Assembly (NCBI GenBank): GCA_965222795.1
Contig: OZ244972.1
Location: 3,709,231-3,773,230 of the forward strand
Source of the DNA: Rhodospirillales bacterium
Lineage (GTDB): Bacteria; Pseudomonadota; Alphaproteobacteria; Kiloniellales; CBDCUY01
Reading direction: 5' to 3'
Length of the DNA stretch: 64,000 nt
Both the position numbers and the translations under genes were made by a program. Within the stretch, counting starts at the first letter, position 1, and every line of letters begins with the position of its first letter. The notes under the pieces were generated by a model. That model was not told where the DNA came from. It saw only the letters and a program-made list of their open reading frames with translations, and searched no databases. Below are positions 56,276-64,000 of this stretch, piece after piece.

Positions 56276-59200
56276 CTAGTGAAAATCCCGCGAGCGCGGC
56301 AAGAGGTCGCGCTTGACGCTGACCGGGCGCTTGACCTCGTCTGCGCGGGCGATCGGATTGGCGAGCGACCGGGTGGCAGGGCGGCCCTCGCCGGGCGGCA
56401 TCGACAGCTCGGTCAGGCGGTGGCTGAGATCGAAGAGCCGGCGGGCCACCACGTGGATGACGATGCCTTCGCGCTGCAGCGGCCCTTCGACTCCGAGCAA
56501 GCGGGCCCCCAGCAAGATGCTGCGATAGCGTTCGAAGACGTCGGCCCAGACCACCACATTGGCGACCCCGGTTTCATCCTCTAGGGTTGCGAAGATGACG
56601 CCCTTGGCGCTGCCCGGCCGCTGGCGCACCAGCACCAGGCCGGCGAGCTTGATGAAATGGCCGTCGGGCAGGTGGCGGAGTTGACCCGCCTCGATCATGG
56701 CCTGGCGGGCGAAGTCCTGGCGAAAGAAGGAAAGCGGATGTGCCTTCAAGGATAGCCGCAGGCTGATGTAGTCATCGACCACCGCTTCGCCCAGGCTCAT
56801 GGCCGGCAGTGTAATCCCCGGTTCCTCGCCGCGCTCTGGCGTCGCCGTGGCAGCGAAGAGCGGCAGCGGCGCTTCCTTGGCCAGTGCCTTGATCGCCCAC
56901 AGCGCTTCCCGCCGGCCGAGCCCGAGCGAGCCAAAGGCATCGGCGCGCGCCAACGCCTCCAAGGCGGCCGGTTTGAGGCCGGCACGGTTCTGGATTGCCG
57001 CCACGGTCACGTAGCCAAGACCGCGCCTTTTTACCAAGGCTTGCCCGTCCGCCTGCTGCAGGCCCCTGACCTGACGCAAGCCCAGGCGCAGCGCCCAGCC
57101 GCCGTCGGGTTGGTCCAAGTCGGTGGTCGCCTCGGCTTCCAGTGTGCAGTCCCAGTCGCTGTAATTGACATCGACCGGCAGCACGCGAACCTCGTGCTCG
57201 CGGGCATCGCGGACGATTTGGGCCGGCGCGTAGAAGCCCATGGGCTGGCTGTTCAACAAAGCGCAGGCGAAGACGGCCGGGTAGTGGCACTTCAGCCAGG
57301 CGGAGACATAGACCAGCAGGGCGAAGCTGGCGGCGTGGCTTTCCGGAAAGCCATAGGTGCCGAAGCCTTCAATCTGGCGAAAGCAGCGCTCGGCAAAGCC
57401 CCGTTCGTAGCCGCGCGCCACCATGCCTTCGATCAGCTTGTCGCGGAAGCTGTGGATGGTGCCCAGGTGGCGGAAGGTGGCCATGGCCCGGCGTAGCTGA
57501 TCGGCCTCATTGGGGGTGAAGCCGGCGGCGACGATGGCGATCTTCATCGCCTGTTCCTGGAACAGCGGCACGCCCAGGGTCTTGGCCAGGACCTGGCGCA
57601 GCGCCTCGGAGGGATAGTCGACTTTCTCCAAGCCGTTACGGCGGCGCAAATAGGGGTGGACCATGTCGCCCTGGATCGGCCCCGGCCGCACGATCGCCAC
57701 CTCGATTACCAAGTCGTAGAAGTCGCGCGGCTTGAGGCGCGGCAGCATGGTCATCTGGGCCCGGCTTTCCACCTGGAAGACGCCGATGGAATCGGCCCGG
57801 CAAAGCATGTCGTAGACCTTCGGGTCCTCGGCCGGCACGCTGGCCAGGTCGTGGCGGCAAGCATAGTGTTGGGCCAGAAGGTCGAAGCCTTTGCGAAGAC
57901 AGGTCAGCATGCCGAGCGCCAGCACATCCACCTTCAGGATGTTGAGCGCGTCGAGGTCGTCCTTGTCCCATTCGATCACCGTGCGATCCGCCATGGCGGC
58001 GTTTTCGATCGGCACCAACTCGTCGAGCCGGCCGCGGGTCATGACGAAGCCGCCGACGTGCTGGGAAAGGTGGCGCGGGAAGCCGATCAGCGCGCGGGTC
58101 AGCGCCAGGGTAAGCTTCAGGCGTGGGCTTTCGGGGTCGAGGCCCAGCTCGCGCACCCGCTCCTCGGGCACGCCCTTCTGGCTCCAGCCCCAAATACTGC
58201 CAGCCAGAGCGGCCACCGTGTCCGCCGGCAGGCCGAGCGCCTTGCCGACCTCGCGCACGGCGCTGCGGCTGCGGTAACAGATGACCGTGGCGGCAAGGCC
58301 GGCCTTCTCGCGGCCGTACTTTTCATAGATGTACTGAATCACCTCCTCGCGGCGCTCGTGCTCGAAGTCGACGTCGATGTCCGGCGGCTCGCCCCGTTCG
58401 GCACTGACGAAACGCTCGAACAGCAGGTCAACCCGCGCTGGGTCAACGGCGGTGATGCCAAGGCAATAGCAAACCGCGGAATTGGCGGCCGAGCCGCGGC
58501 CCTGGCAGAGTATGTCTTTCGAGCGGGCGAAGCGGACGATGTCCTGAACGGTGAGGAAATAAGGCGCGTAGGCAAGCTCGCCGATGAGGTCCAGCTCGTG
58601 GGCCAGGGTGGCGGCCACCGCCGTCGGGATGCCGTCAGAATAGCGCTCTGCCGCGCCCAGATAGGTGAGATGAACGAGTTCCTGCTGGGGGCTGCGGCCG
58701 CCCGTGGTCAGTTCTTCCGGATATTCGGAACTCAGCTCCTCGAGGCCGAAGCGGCACCGCTCGACCACCCGCAGGGTGTTCGCCAGCGCCTCCGGGTAAT
58801 GCTGAAATAGCCGGGCCATTTCCGCCGGCGCCTTCAGGTGACGTTCGCCGTTGGCAAGCAAGCGAAAGCCGGCGTCGTCGATCGTGCAGCCCTCGCGGAT
58901 GCAGGTCACCACGTCGAGCAGGGGCTTGCGCTCCGGGGTGTGCAGCAGAACGTCATTGCAGGCGATGATCGCGAGCCGACAGTCGCTGGCCAGCGCGGCG
59001 AGTTCGGCCAGGCGACGGGCATCATCGCCTTGATAGCGATGGTTGAGGGCAAGATAGCAGGATTTGCGCCGGCGGCGGGCGATCTGCTGCAGCCACGCGG
59101 TGAAGGCGGCATCCGGTTCTTCCGGTGGCAGGACGATCAAGACCTGGCCTTTGGCATGCTGCAGAAGCTCCTCCAAGCTGAAACGGCACTGTCCTTTTTC

Positions 59201-59518
59201 GCTGCGCCGCTTGCCGAGGCTGAGCAGCCGGCAGAGGCGACCGTAGGCGGCCCGGTCGCGGGGAAAGCACAGCACCTCCGGTCCATCCTCGGGCACCAGG
59301 CGGGCGCCGACCACGAGGTCTAGACCGCAGCCCTTGGCCGCAACATGGGCGCGCACCACGCCGGCCAGGCTGTTGCGATCGGCGATGCCGATGGCTGCGT
59401 GGCCGAGGGCGGCGGCGGTTTTCACCAGCTCGTCCGGGTGCGAGGCGGCGCGCAAGAAGCTGTAGTTACTGGTGACCGCCAACTCGGCATAGGCGGGGGG
59501 AGCGGAAGAGGCCTTCAC
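56276..59518 (-). CDS. dnaE2: Error-prone DNA polymerase III alpha-like (DnaE2 / ImuC)
   Basis: PHP domain (AELAVTSNYSFLRAASHPDEL) and the pol III alpha core. GTG start at 59516-59518 overlaps the imuB TGA stop (GTGA). The 1323-aa ORF-track version has an arginine-rich N-terminal extension with no coding support. Confidence 0.9.
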   Translation of the reverse strand: MKASSAPPAYAELAVTSNYSFLRAASHPDELVKTAAALGHAAIGIADRNSLAGVVRAHVAAKGCGLDLVVGARLVPEDGPEVLCFPRDRAAYGRLCRLLSLGKRRSEKGQCRFSLEELLQHAKGQVLIVLPPEEPDAAFTAWLQQIARRRRKSCYLALNHRYQGDDARRLAELAALASDCRLAIIACNDVLLHTPERKPLLDVVTCIREGCTIDDAGFRLLANGERHLKAPAEMARLFQHYPEALANTLRVVERCRFGLEELSSEYPEELTTGGRSPQQELVHLTYLGAAERYSDGIPTAVAATLAHELDLIGELAYAPYFLTVQDIVRFARSKDILCQGRGSAANSAVCYCLGITAVDPARVDLLFERFVSAERGEPPDIDVDFEHERREEVIQYIYEKYGREKAGLAATVICYRSRSAVREVGKALGLPADTVAALAGSIWGWSQKGVPEERVRELGLDPESPRLKLTLALTRALIGFPRHLSQHVGGFVMTRGRLDELVPIENAAMADRTVIEWDKDDLDALNILKVDVLALGMLTCLRKGFDLLAQHYACRHDLASVPAEDPKVYDMLCRADSIGVFQVESRAQMTMLPRLKPRDFYDLVIEVAIVRPGPIQGDMVHPYLRRRNGLEKVDYPSEALRQVLAKTLGVPLFQEQAMKIAIVAAGFTPNEADQLRRAMATFRHLGTIHSFRDKLIEGMVARGYERGFAERCFRQIEGFGTYGFPESHAASFALLVYVSAWLKCHYPAVFACALLNSQPMGFYAPAQIVRDAREHEVRVLPVDVNYSDWDCTLEAEATTDLDQPDGGWALRLGLRQVRGLQQADGQALVKRRGLGYVTVAAIQNRAGLKPAALEALARADAFGSLGLGRREALWAIKALAKEAPLPLFAATATPERGEEPGITLPAMSLGEAVVDDYISLRLSLKAHPLSFFRQDFARQAMIEAGQLRHLPDGHFIKLAGLVLVRQRPGSAKGVIFATLEDETGVANVVVWADVFERYRSILLGARLLGVEGPLQREGIVIHVVARRLFDLSHRLTELSMPPGEGRPATRSLANPIARADEVKRPVSVKRDLLPRSRDFH

Positions 59519-61293
59519 GCGAAAAAGCCCTGCATGAACCATCGGCCCTCGCTGCGGTAGAGCCAGTAGCGCCGGCCGGCTTGATCCTCGAGGCGGAAGT
59601 AGTCGCGCAATGGCGCTTGCGCTTGGCTGGCCTCCTCGCGCCACCACTCGGCGGTCAGGCGTTCCGGTCCCTCGGCGCGGGCAACGGTGAAAAGCTGGTG
59701 TCGCCAGCGAAAGCGCTGCGGCGGGTAGTCGGGCAGCAAGGCGATGGCCTCCACCGGCTCGGGATGGCTGAGCAGGCGCAAGGGGCGGGGTCGGTTGCGG
59801 CGCCAGGCGGTGCTTGGTTGCGCGGTGCTTGGTTGCACGGTTGCCGGCGGCTTTGTCGGCTGACCGGGAGAGACTTTCAGCACCGCGCGTTCCGGGATGT
59901 GGCTTTCCTGGGGTTTGAGAGTGTGGATACGGGCGAAGCCGAAGCGCCCGCCCAGGCGGTCGATGAGAGCGTCGACGTCGTTCCTGTCGCCGCGCGCCTC
60001 TTCTTCCGCCAGGCTGAGCTGCAAGGCGGTCAGTGGTTGGCAGTTCAAGGCGGCCAGGCTCATGGCCTCGATGCCGAAGCCTGGATCGAGCTGGTCGAGC
60101 TGCTCGGCCAAAAGACGGGCCAGGTGCGCCGGCTCCCGGTTCGGACGGCTGGTGCCGACGGTCAGCCGCGCCAGGCTGCCGTCGACCCGGTAGGCGGTCG
60201 CCAGCAGTCGGCGGGCGCCCAGCTGTTCCTTCTCGAGCTGGCGGCAAAGTTCCAGGAGCAGGCTTTCCAGGCCGCGGGCGATGGTTTCGCGTGCCGCGAT
60301 GGCCTCGCCATAAAGCCGGCGCACCAGGTGGCGCGGCGGCGGCGCCAGCGGGGTGATCGGCTCCGTTATCTCGCCCAGGGCCTCGGCCAGGCGGCGGGCG
60401 AGCAGCGGCCCGAAACGGCTCTCCAGGCTAACGCGCGGCAAGGCATAAAGGGCATCGATGCGGCGCAAGCCGAGGCGCTCCAGCAGCTCCAGGATGTCGC
60501 CCGGCAGGCGCAGTGCCGCCGGTGGCAGGGGGGCAAGGGCCGCGCGGGTTTGCCCGGCCGGTAAGCGGCGCCAGGGCCGGCGCGCCGTGGTGGCGAAGCG
60601 GGCGAGCCCCCAGGCGGCGCCAGGGGTTTCCGCCAGGCCGGCGCGGGCGGCGAAGCCAAGGCCTTCGATCCGCCGCATCAAGTCCGTGAGCAAGGCCGCT
60701 TCGGCCTCCTCTGGCGTGCCGGCGAAGAGATGGGCGCAGCCGGTTACGTCGAGGAACAGGCCGGCGCCGCCGCCGTTCAGGCTTTCCCCCTGGTCTGCGG
60801 ACCCAGCCTTTACAGGCCCGGTCTTTACAGGTCCGGCCTTTACCTGCCCGGCTTCGGGCAGGCCTCCCTCCAGCCCCACCCAGGGGGTGTAGCGGCTGGC
60901 CCAGGCGGCCAGGTGGGCAAGCGCCTCGGCATCGGCCAGCGGCTCGGCCTCGGCGGTGATCAGGTCCGGCAGCAAGGCCCGCGCGCTGGCCAAGGGCAGG
61001 CCGGGGGCGAGGCCGGCGATCTCCGCTGTCCGGTTGACCGCGGTCAGCCGCAGCTGGCCGCGGGCGCGGGTGATCAGAGCAAGCGGGGCCGGGTTATCAG
61101 CCGGCGTGTCGTTATCCAGCTTGGCGCAGCCGGCTTGGGGCTGCCGGTTCCAGGCCTGTCGATCCCCCGCCTGCCGGTTTCCCGCTTGTTGATCCCGCGC
61201 CTGTCGATCCCGCGCCTGTCGATCCCGTGTTTGCTGGCGCTGCCAGCGGTCCGTCGCGAAGCGGGGCAGCCAGAGCGAAATCACCCGCCGCAT
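59515..61293 (-). CDS. imuB: ImuB, Y-family polymerase-like mutasome protein
   Basis: N-terminus MRRVISLWLPRFATDRW with Y-family-like palm/fingers blocks. Contains two in-frame 15-bp tandem repeat arrays. An upstream ATG at 61332 is an alternative start. Confidence 0.8.
   Translation of the reverse strand: MRRVISLWLPRFATDRWQRQQTRDRQARDRQARDQQAGNRQAGDRQAWNRQPQAGCAKLDNDTPADNPAPLALITRARGQLRLTAVNRTAEIAGLAPGLPLASARALLPDLITAEAEPLADAEALAHLAAWASRYTPWVGLEGGLPEAGQVKAGPVKTGPVKAGSADQGESLNGGGAGLFLDVTGCAHLFAGTPEEAEAALLTDLMRRIEGLGFAARAGLAETPGAAWGLARFATTARRPWRRLPAGQTRAALAPLPPAALRLPGDILELLERLGLRRIDALYALPRVSLESRFGPLLARRLAEALGEITEPITPLAPPPRHLVRRLYGEAIAARETIARGLESLLLELCRQLEKEQLGARRLLATAYRVDGSLARLTVGTSRPNREPAHLARLLAEQLDQLDPGFGIEAMSLAALNCQPLTALQLSLAEEEARGDRNDVDALIDRLGGRFGFARIHTLKPQESHIPERAVLKVSPGQPTKPPATVQPSTAQPSTAWRRNRPRPLRLLSHPEPVEAIALLPDYPPQRFRWRHQLFTVARAEGPERLTAEWWREEASQAQAPLRDYFRLEDQAGRRYWLYRSEGRWFMQGFFA
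60804..60863. repeat. 15-bp tandem repeat array (4 units, cggcctttacaggcc-like) inside imuB
   Basis: It encodes GPVKA/GPVKT pentapeptide repeats in ImuB. Confidence 0.65.
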
Positions 61294-62098
61294 GGTCCCA
61301 CTCCACGAGAAAGCTGGCCGGTGCGCCGCCACGGCAGCGCAACAGCTCGGCCCGCCAGCGCGCCCGGCCGATGAAAGGCAGGCTTGTGGCTTGCGTCTGA
61401 AAGGCTGAGGAGGAGGGGGCCGGCGCCAGCCGCCAGCGGGTCACGGCGGCGCTCGAGCCCTCTCCCAGCCGCCCGGGGGGGAGCGGGCGGCGCAGTAAAA
61501 ATCCGGTAACCCCGCCAGCCTCGGCGGCGAGCTGCAGGCGGCGGCTGGCGGTGAGGTCGAGGCCCGCCACCTCGCCGACTACGGCCGCCAAGCCGCGGCA
61601 GCGCAGCGCCTCCTCCAAAGCCCACAAGAGATCCCTGTCGTTGCCGGCGCTGAGTAGGATCAGACGATCCGGGTCGAAACCGAAGGCGGCCAGGCCCGGC
61701 GCGTAGAGATCCGGCCGCGGTGCCAGCCAAAGCACCGGCGGCGTCTTTGAGGTCGGTGCCTTTGAAATTGCTGCCTGTGACATCGCCGCCTTGGGAGCCG
61801 GCGCCCCGACGCCCGGCGACTTGACCTCCCGCGGCGCGATCGGCGCCTTCGCGCGGGTCAGGCGGAGCAGCAAGGCAGCGCAGAAGCCGACGGCAAAGCC
61901 ATCGCCCCACCCGGGCTCGGCGGCACTGACCTCGTGCAGACAGGCGAGCGGCAAGCCGCCACCCGGCAGATGGCCATCGAGGGCCGCTTGGCCGAAAGAC
62001 AGCACCGCCTGCCGGGCCGGGCTGCCGCCCCGCTCCAGCCGCTGGATCCGCTGGCGCAGGGCAGCAATCGTGGATGGCATAATATTCCTGCGGCGCAT
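61112..62098 (-). CDS. imuA: ImuA (RecA/SulA-like mutasome protein)
   Basis: Motif IAALRQRIQRLERGG...LSFGQAALDGHLPGGGLPLACLHEV. The 3' 180-220 nt overlap imuB in another frame and run through the 15-bp repeat array. The true C-terminus is uncertain. Confidence 0.7.
   Translation of the reverse strand: MRRRNIMPSTIAALRQRIQRLERGGSPARQAVLSFGQAALDGHLPGGGLPLACLHEVSAAEPGWGDGFAVGFCAALLLRLTRAKAPIAPREVKSPGVGAPAPKAAMSQAAISKAPTSKTPPVLWLAPRPDLYAPGLAAFGFDPDRLILLSAGNDRDLLWALEEALRCRGLAAVVGEVAGLDLTASRRLQLAAEAGGVTGFLLRRPLPPGRLGEGSSAAVTRWRLAPAPSSSAFQTQATSLPFIGRARWRAELLRCRGGAPASFLVEWDHAAGDFALAAPLRDGPLAAPANTGSTGAGSTGAGSTSGKPAGGGSTGLEPAAPSRLRQAG
61140..61229. repeat. 15-bp tandem repeat array (~6 units, cctgtcgatcccgcg-like) in the imuA/imuB overlap
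   Basis: Units at 61155, 61170, 61185, 61200 and 61215. They encode DRQAR-like pentapeptides in imuB and Gly/Ser/Thr/Ala repeats in the imuA frame. Confidence 0.7.
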
Positions 62099-62128
62099 CG
62101 AGCATGCGACCCTTTTTGTACCCTTATT

Positions 62129-62143
62129 GTTCTTTATTTGTTC
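62129..62143. promoter_or_regulatory. Alphaproteobacterial LexA (SOS) box GTTC-N7-GTTC upstream of imuA
   Basis: gttctttatttgttc lies 31 nt upstream of the imuA first ATG, inside an AT-rich promoter region. This matches the direct-repeat SOS box consensus of alphaproteobacteria. Confidence 0.65.
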
Positions 62144-62334
62144 TAATACATCCGAGAAAAAGAGTCAAGCGAAGGGTGATCGTGTTGCTAAGACGGGCGG
62201 TAGGGAGGCGCCGTAAAATGACAAACAGAGCAATGTAACAGAACATTGCCCGAACGTAGATGCAATTATTTGGTAATTAATTATAATATAATATACCTGA
62301 AATTGTTGTATTCGATCAAGTGTAGAAGTGAAAA

Positions 62335-63366
62335 ATGCTGGGTGTTAAAAGTTACTGCTGCTGCATTGTACTAGCGCTCCAAATGCTTATGTCCTCGCCG
62401 CTCCAAGCAGAGACAAGTGCACAGGACTGGGCAGGGCGTGAAGTGTCATCCGTCGATGATCTTGAAGTAGCTCTTGCCGCCAAGCCTCGGGATTTTGATA
62501 CGCTCATGGCATTGGGAATGGCTTGGCTCAATCTGAAGGAGTATGTCAAGGCAGCGGAAATCTTGGAGGCAGCCGTATCAGTTAGCCCAGATTCTTCGCC
62601 GGCCCACCTATTCCTTGGCCAGGCCTACAACGAGCAACTTATCAGGTTTCCTATTCGGCCGCAGAAGCAAAATGCACCGTCTGAAGACGCGCAGATAGTC
62701 AAACAAATGACCGAAGAGCAGCGCGCTACTCTCACGGCCCGAGCGGATCGGGAATTTGAGACGGCGCTCCGCTTGGGTCCGCGTGATCCCTATGCTTGGA
62801 CATTGTGGGGACAAGCGCTTCTAAAGCGCGGTCAAAACAATCCACTTTTAATGCCCACACTAAATCCGGATTTGATTTTGGACAAATTCAGAACAGCACT
62901 GAAGATCGATAAAGATTATCGACCTGCGTCGGGTTTGCTGGCCAAGCTCCTCTACACCTATGGAGGGCTGTATCTACATTATGCGAGGTATCCCAACGGA
63001 CCACCCCGGCCACCCTGGGCACCTGAAGATTTGCGGGGTACAGCAGAGAAATATGCCGATGAAGCAGCGACAATTTATTGGTCCTATGTGCGAAAGCTGC
63101 CGCAAGAGCAAGTGAGGAGCATCGTATCACTGTACGAAACGCTGTTAGAGCTTCTGCTGTTTTTAGAACGACACGACGAGGCCCTAAGCCTCTGTCGGGA
63201 GCATATTGACCCACGCGACGATCCCGACCAGCTACGGCACGTGATCAAGCGCCGCTGGGATTCATTGCTAGAGACTGTCAAAAAACGTGAAGGGGAACAC
63301 GCCGGCTATAGGGCGAGTTCGGCTGCCTATGACAAGTGCACGATGTGGCTTGAGGGAAAACAGTGA
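62335..63366 (+). CDS. Secreted TPR-repeat protein, hypothetical
   Basis: Signal peptide MLGVKSYCCCIVLALQMLMSSPLQA. TPR-like helical repeats (LMALGMAWLNLKEYVKAAEILEAAVSVSPDSSPAHLFLGQAY). Lower GC than the flanks and an AT-rich upstream region. Confidence 0.6.
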   Translation: MLGVKSYCCCIVLALQMLMSSPLQAETSAQDWAGREVSSVDDLEVALAAKPRDFDTLMALGMAWLNLKEYVKAAEILEAAVSVSPDSSPAHLFLGQAYNEQLIRFPIRPQKQNAPSEDAQIVKQMTEEQRATLTARADREFETALRLGPRDPYAWTLWGQALLKRGQNNPLLMPTLNPDLILDKFRTALKIDKDYRPASGLLAKLLYTYGGLYLHYARYPNGPPRPPWAPEDLRGTAEKYADEAATIYWSYVRKLPQEQVRSIVSLYETLLELLLFLERHDEALSLCREHIDPRDDPDQLRHVIKRRWDSLLETVKKREGEHAGYRASSAAYDKCTMWLEGKQ

Positions 63367-63447
63367 ACCCTTCAGGATATCACATGCTCTTGCCATCGAT
63401 GGTGCTTTAACCCATCAGGCCATTTCCTCGCACGTTCCACCACCCGC

Positions 63448-64000
63448 TCACGACCTAAGGGCGTCGATCACCTTGGCCTCGCTGAGTTCGCCGTCGCCGT
63501 CATCGACCAGGCGCTGGAAGGCCTCGGCGGCGGCCTGGCCGAAGGGGATCGCCTGGCCCATCTTCTCCGCCAAGGCGACGCCGTAGAGGGTGTCCTTGAG
63601 GCGCAGGCGGCCGGTGAAGGCGATGTTCCGGTCGTGCTTGGCCTCGACCATGCGCCGGGCATTGCGCACCACTTGCGGCGCGGCGGCCTGGCCCTTGGCC
63701 AGTACCTCGACCACCAGGCCGAGGTCGAGCCCCGCCTTCTCGGCGATGAGGAGGCCCTCGGCGGCGGCGGCGATCTGCACCGCGCCCATCAAGTTGATCA
63801 TCAGCTTATAGGTGCTGCCGGTGCCGACCGGGCCGAAGCGCACCGCCTCGCGGCAGAGCGGCGCCAGCAAGGGGCCGGCGGCCTGCCAATCGGCTTCCTC
63901 GGCGCCGGCCAGAAGGATCAGCTCGCCGGCGGCGGCCGCATCGGGCAGGCCGGTCACCGGGCAGTCGATATAGCGCAGGCCCTGCTGGTGGGCGGAAGCT
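63448..64000 (-). CDS. NAD(P)-dependent 3-hydroxyisobutyrate dehydrogenase-family oxidoreductase; 5' end outside the window
   Basis: C-terminal 6PGDH-like helical domain (GTGSTYKLMINLMGAVQIAAAAEGL). The frame stays open to the window edge. Confidence 0.75.
   Translation of the reverse strand, partial: ASAHQQGLRYIDCPVTGLPDAAAAGELILLAGAEEADWQAAGPLLAPLCREAVRFGPVGTGSTYKLMINLMGAVQIAAAAEGLLIAEKAGLDLGLVVEVLAKGQAAAPQVVRNARRMVEAKHDRNIAFTGRLRLKDTLYGVALAEKMGQAIPFGQAAAEAFQRLVDDGDGELSEAKVIDALRS

Noticed and set aside
59542-60247. N-terminal 235-residue extension of the dnaE2 ORF (the 1323-aa version)
   Set aside because: The extension is Arg/Pro/Gly-rich nonsense that overlaps the imuB coding region. 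The conserved PHP domain begins right after GTG 59518, which overlaps the imuB stop (GTGA).

Overview
GC-rich (~65%) chromosomal segment, most likely alphaproteobacterial (judged from the EF-Tu and RNA polymerase sequences and the tRNA-tuf-secE-nusG-rplKAJL-rpoBC gene order). The backbone is housekeeping and metabolic genes. At the 5' edge is a partial fused CydDC-like ABC exporter, followed by a Rieske oxygenase, a Zn-dependent alcohol dehydrogenase (ADH), PPK2, the lutABC and pntAB operons, an amidohydrolase, panB, GntR regulators and a hemerythrin-domain protein. Further along are a TRAP transporter next to a PhyH dioxygenase and a fatty-acid hydroxylase, a Cys/Met PLP enzyme, a ParD/ParE-like toxin-antitoxin pair, uvrB, msrB and rlmB. 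Then comes the conserved tRNA-Tyr/tRNA-Gly-tuf-tRNA-Trp-secE-nusG-rplK-rplA-rplJ-rplL-rpoB-rpoC block. It is followed by a second GntR/racemase/TPP-enzyme/TRAP cluster, the LexA-type imuA-imuB-dnaE2 mutasome cassette with a GTTC-N7-GTTC box, a TPR protein in an AT-rich pocket, and a partial 3-hydroxyisobutyrate-dehydrogenase (HIBADH)-like gene at the 3' edge. The main accessory region is about 28.05-33.6 kb, between uvrB and msrB. It holds a 164-bp MITE-like element with 11-bp terminal inverted repeats, an APH(6)/StrB-like aminoglycoside phosphotransferase gene bracketed by about 68-bp direct repeats, a markedly AT-rich block with a 134-aa orphan ORF, and an NfeD/YuaF-flotillin (SPFH) pair. 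That pair is bracketed by a duplicated 3' end of a neighbouring hypothetical gene. Other signals are a recurrent AT-rich 12-mer (TAATATATCAGA) upstream of three unrelated genes, a perfect 18-bp palindrome in a GntR divergent promoter, and in-frame 15-bp tandem repeats inside imuB that coincide with an unusually long imuA/imuB overlap. No CRISPR array, rRNA, or intact IS/transposase/integrase gene was seen. All functional calls rest on motif and family recognition by eye from the translated ORFs. No database search was run.
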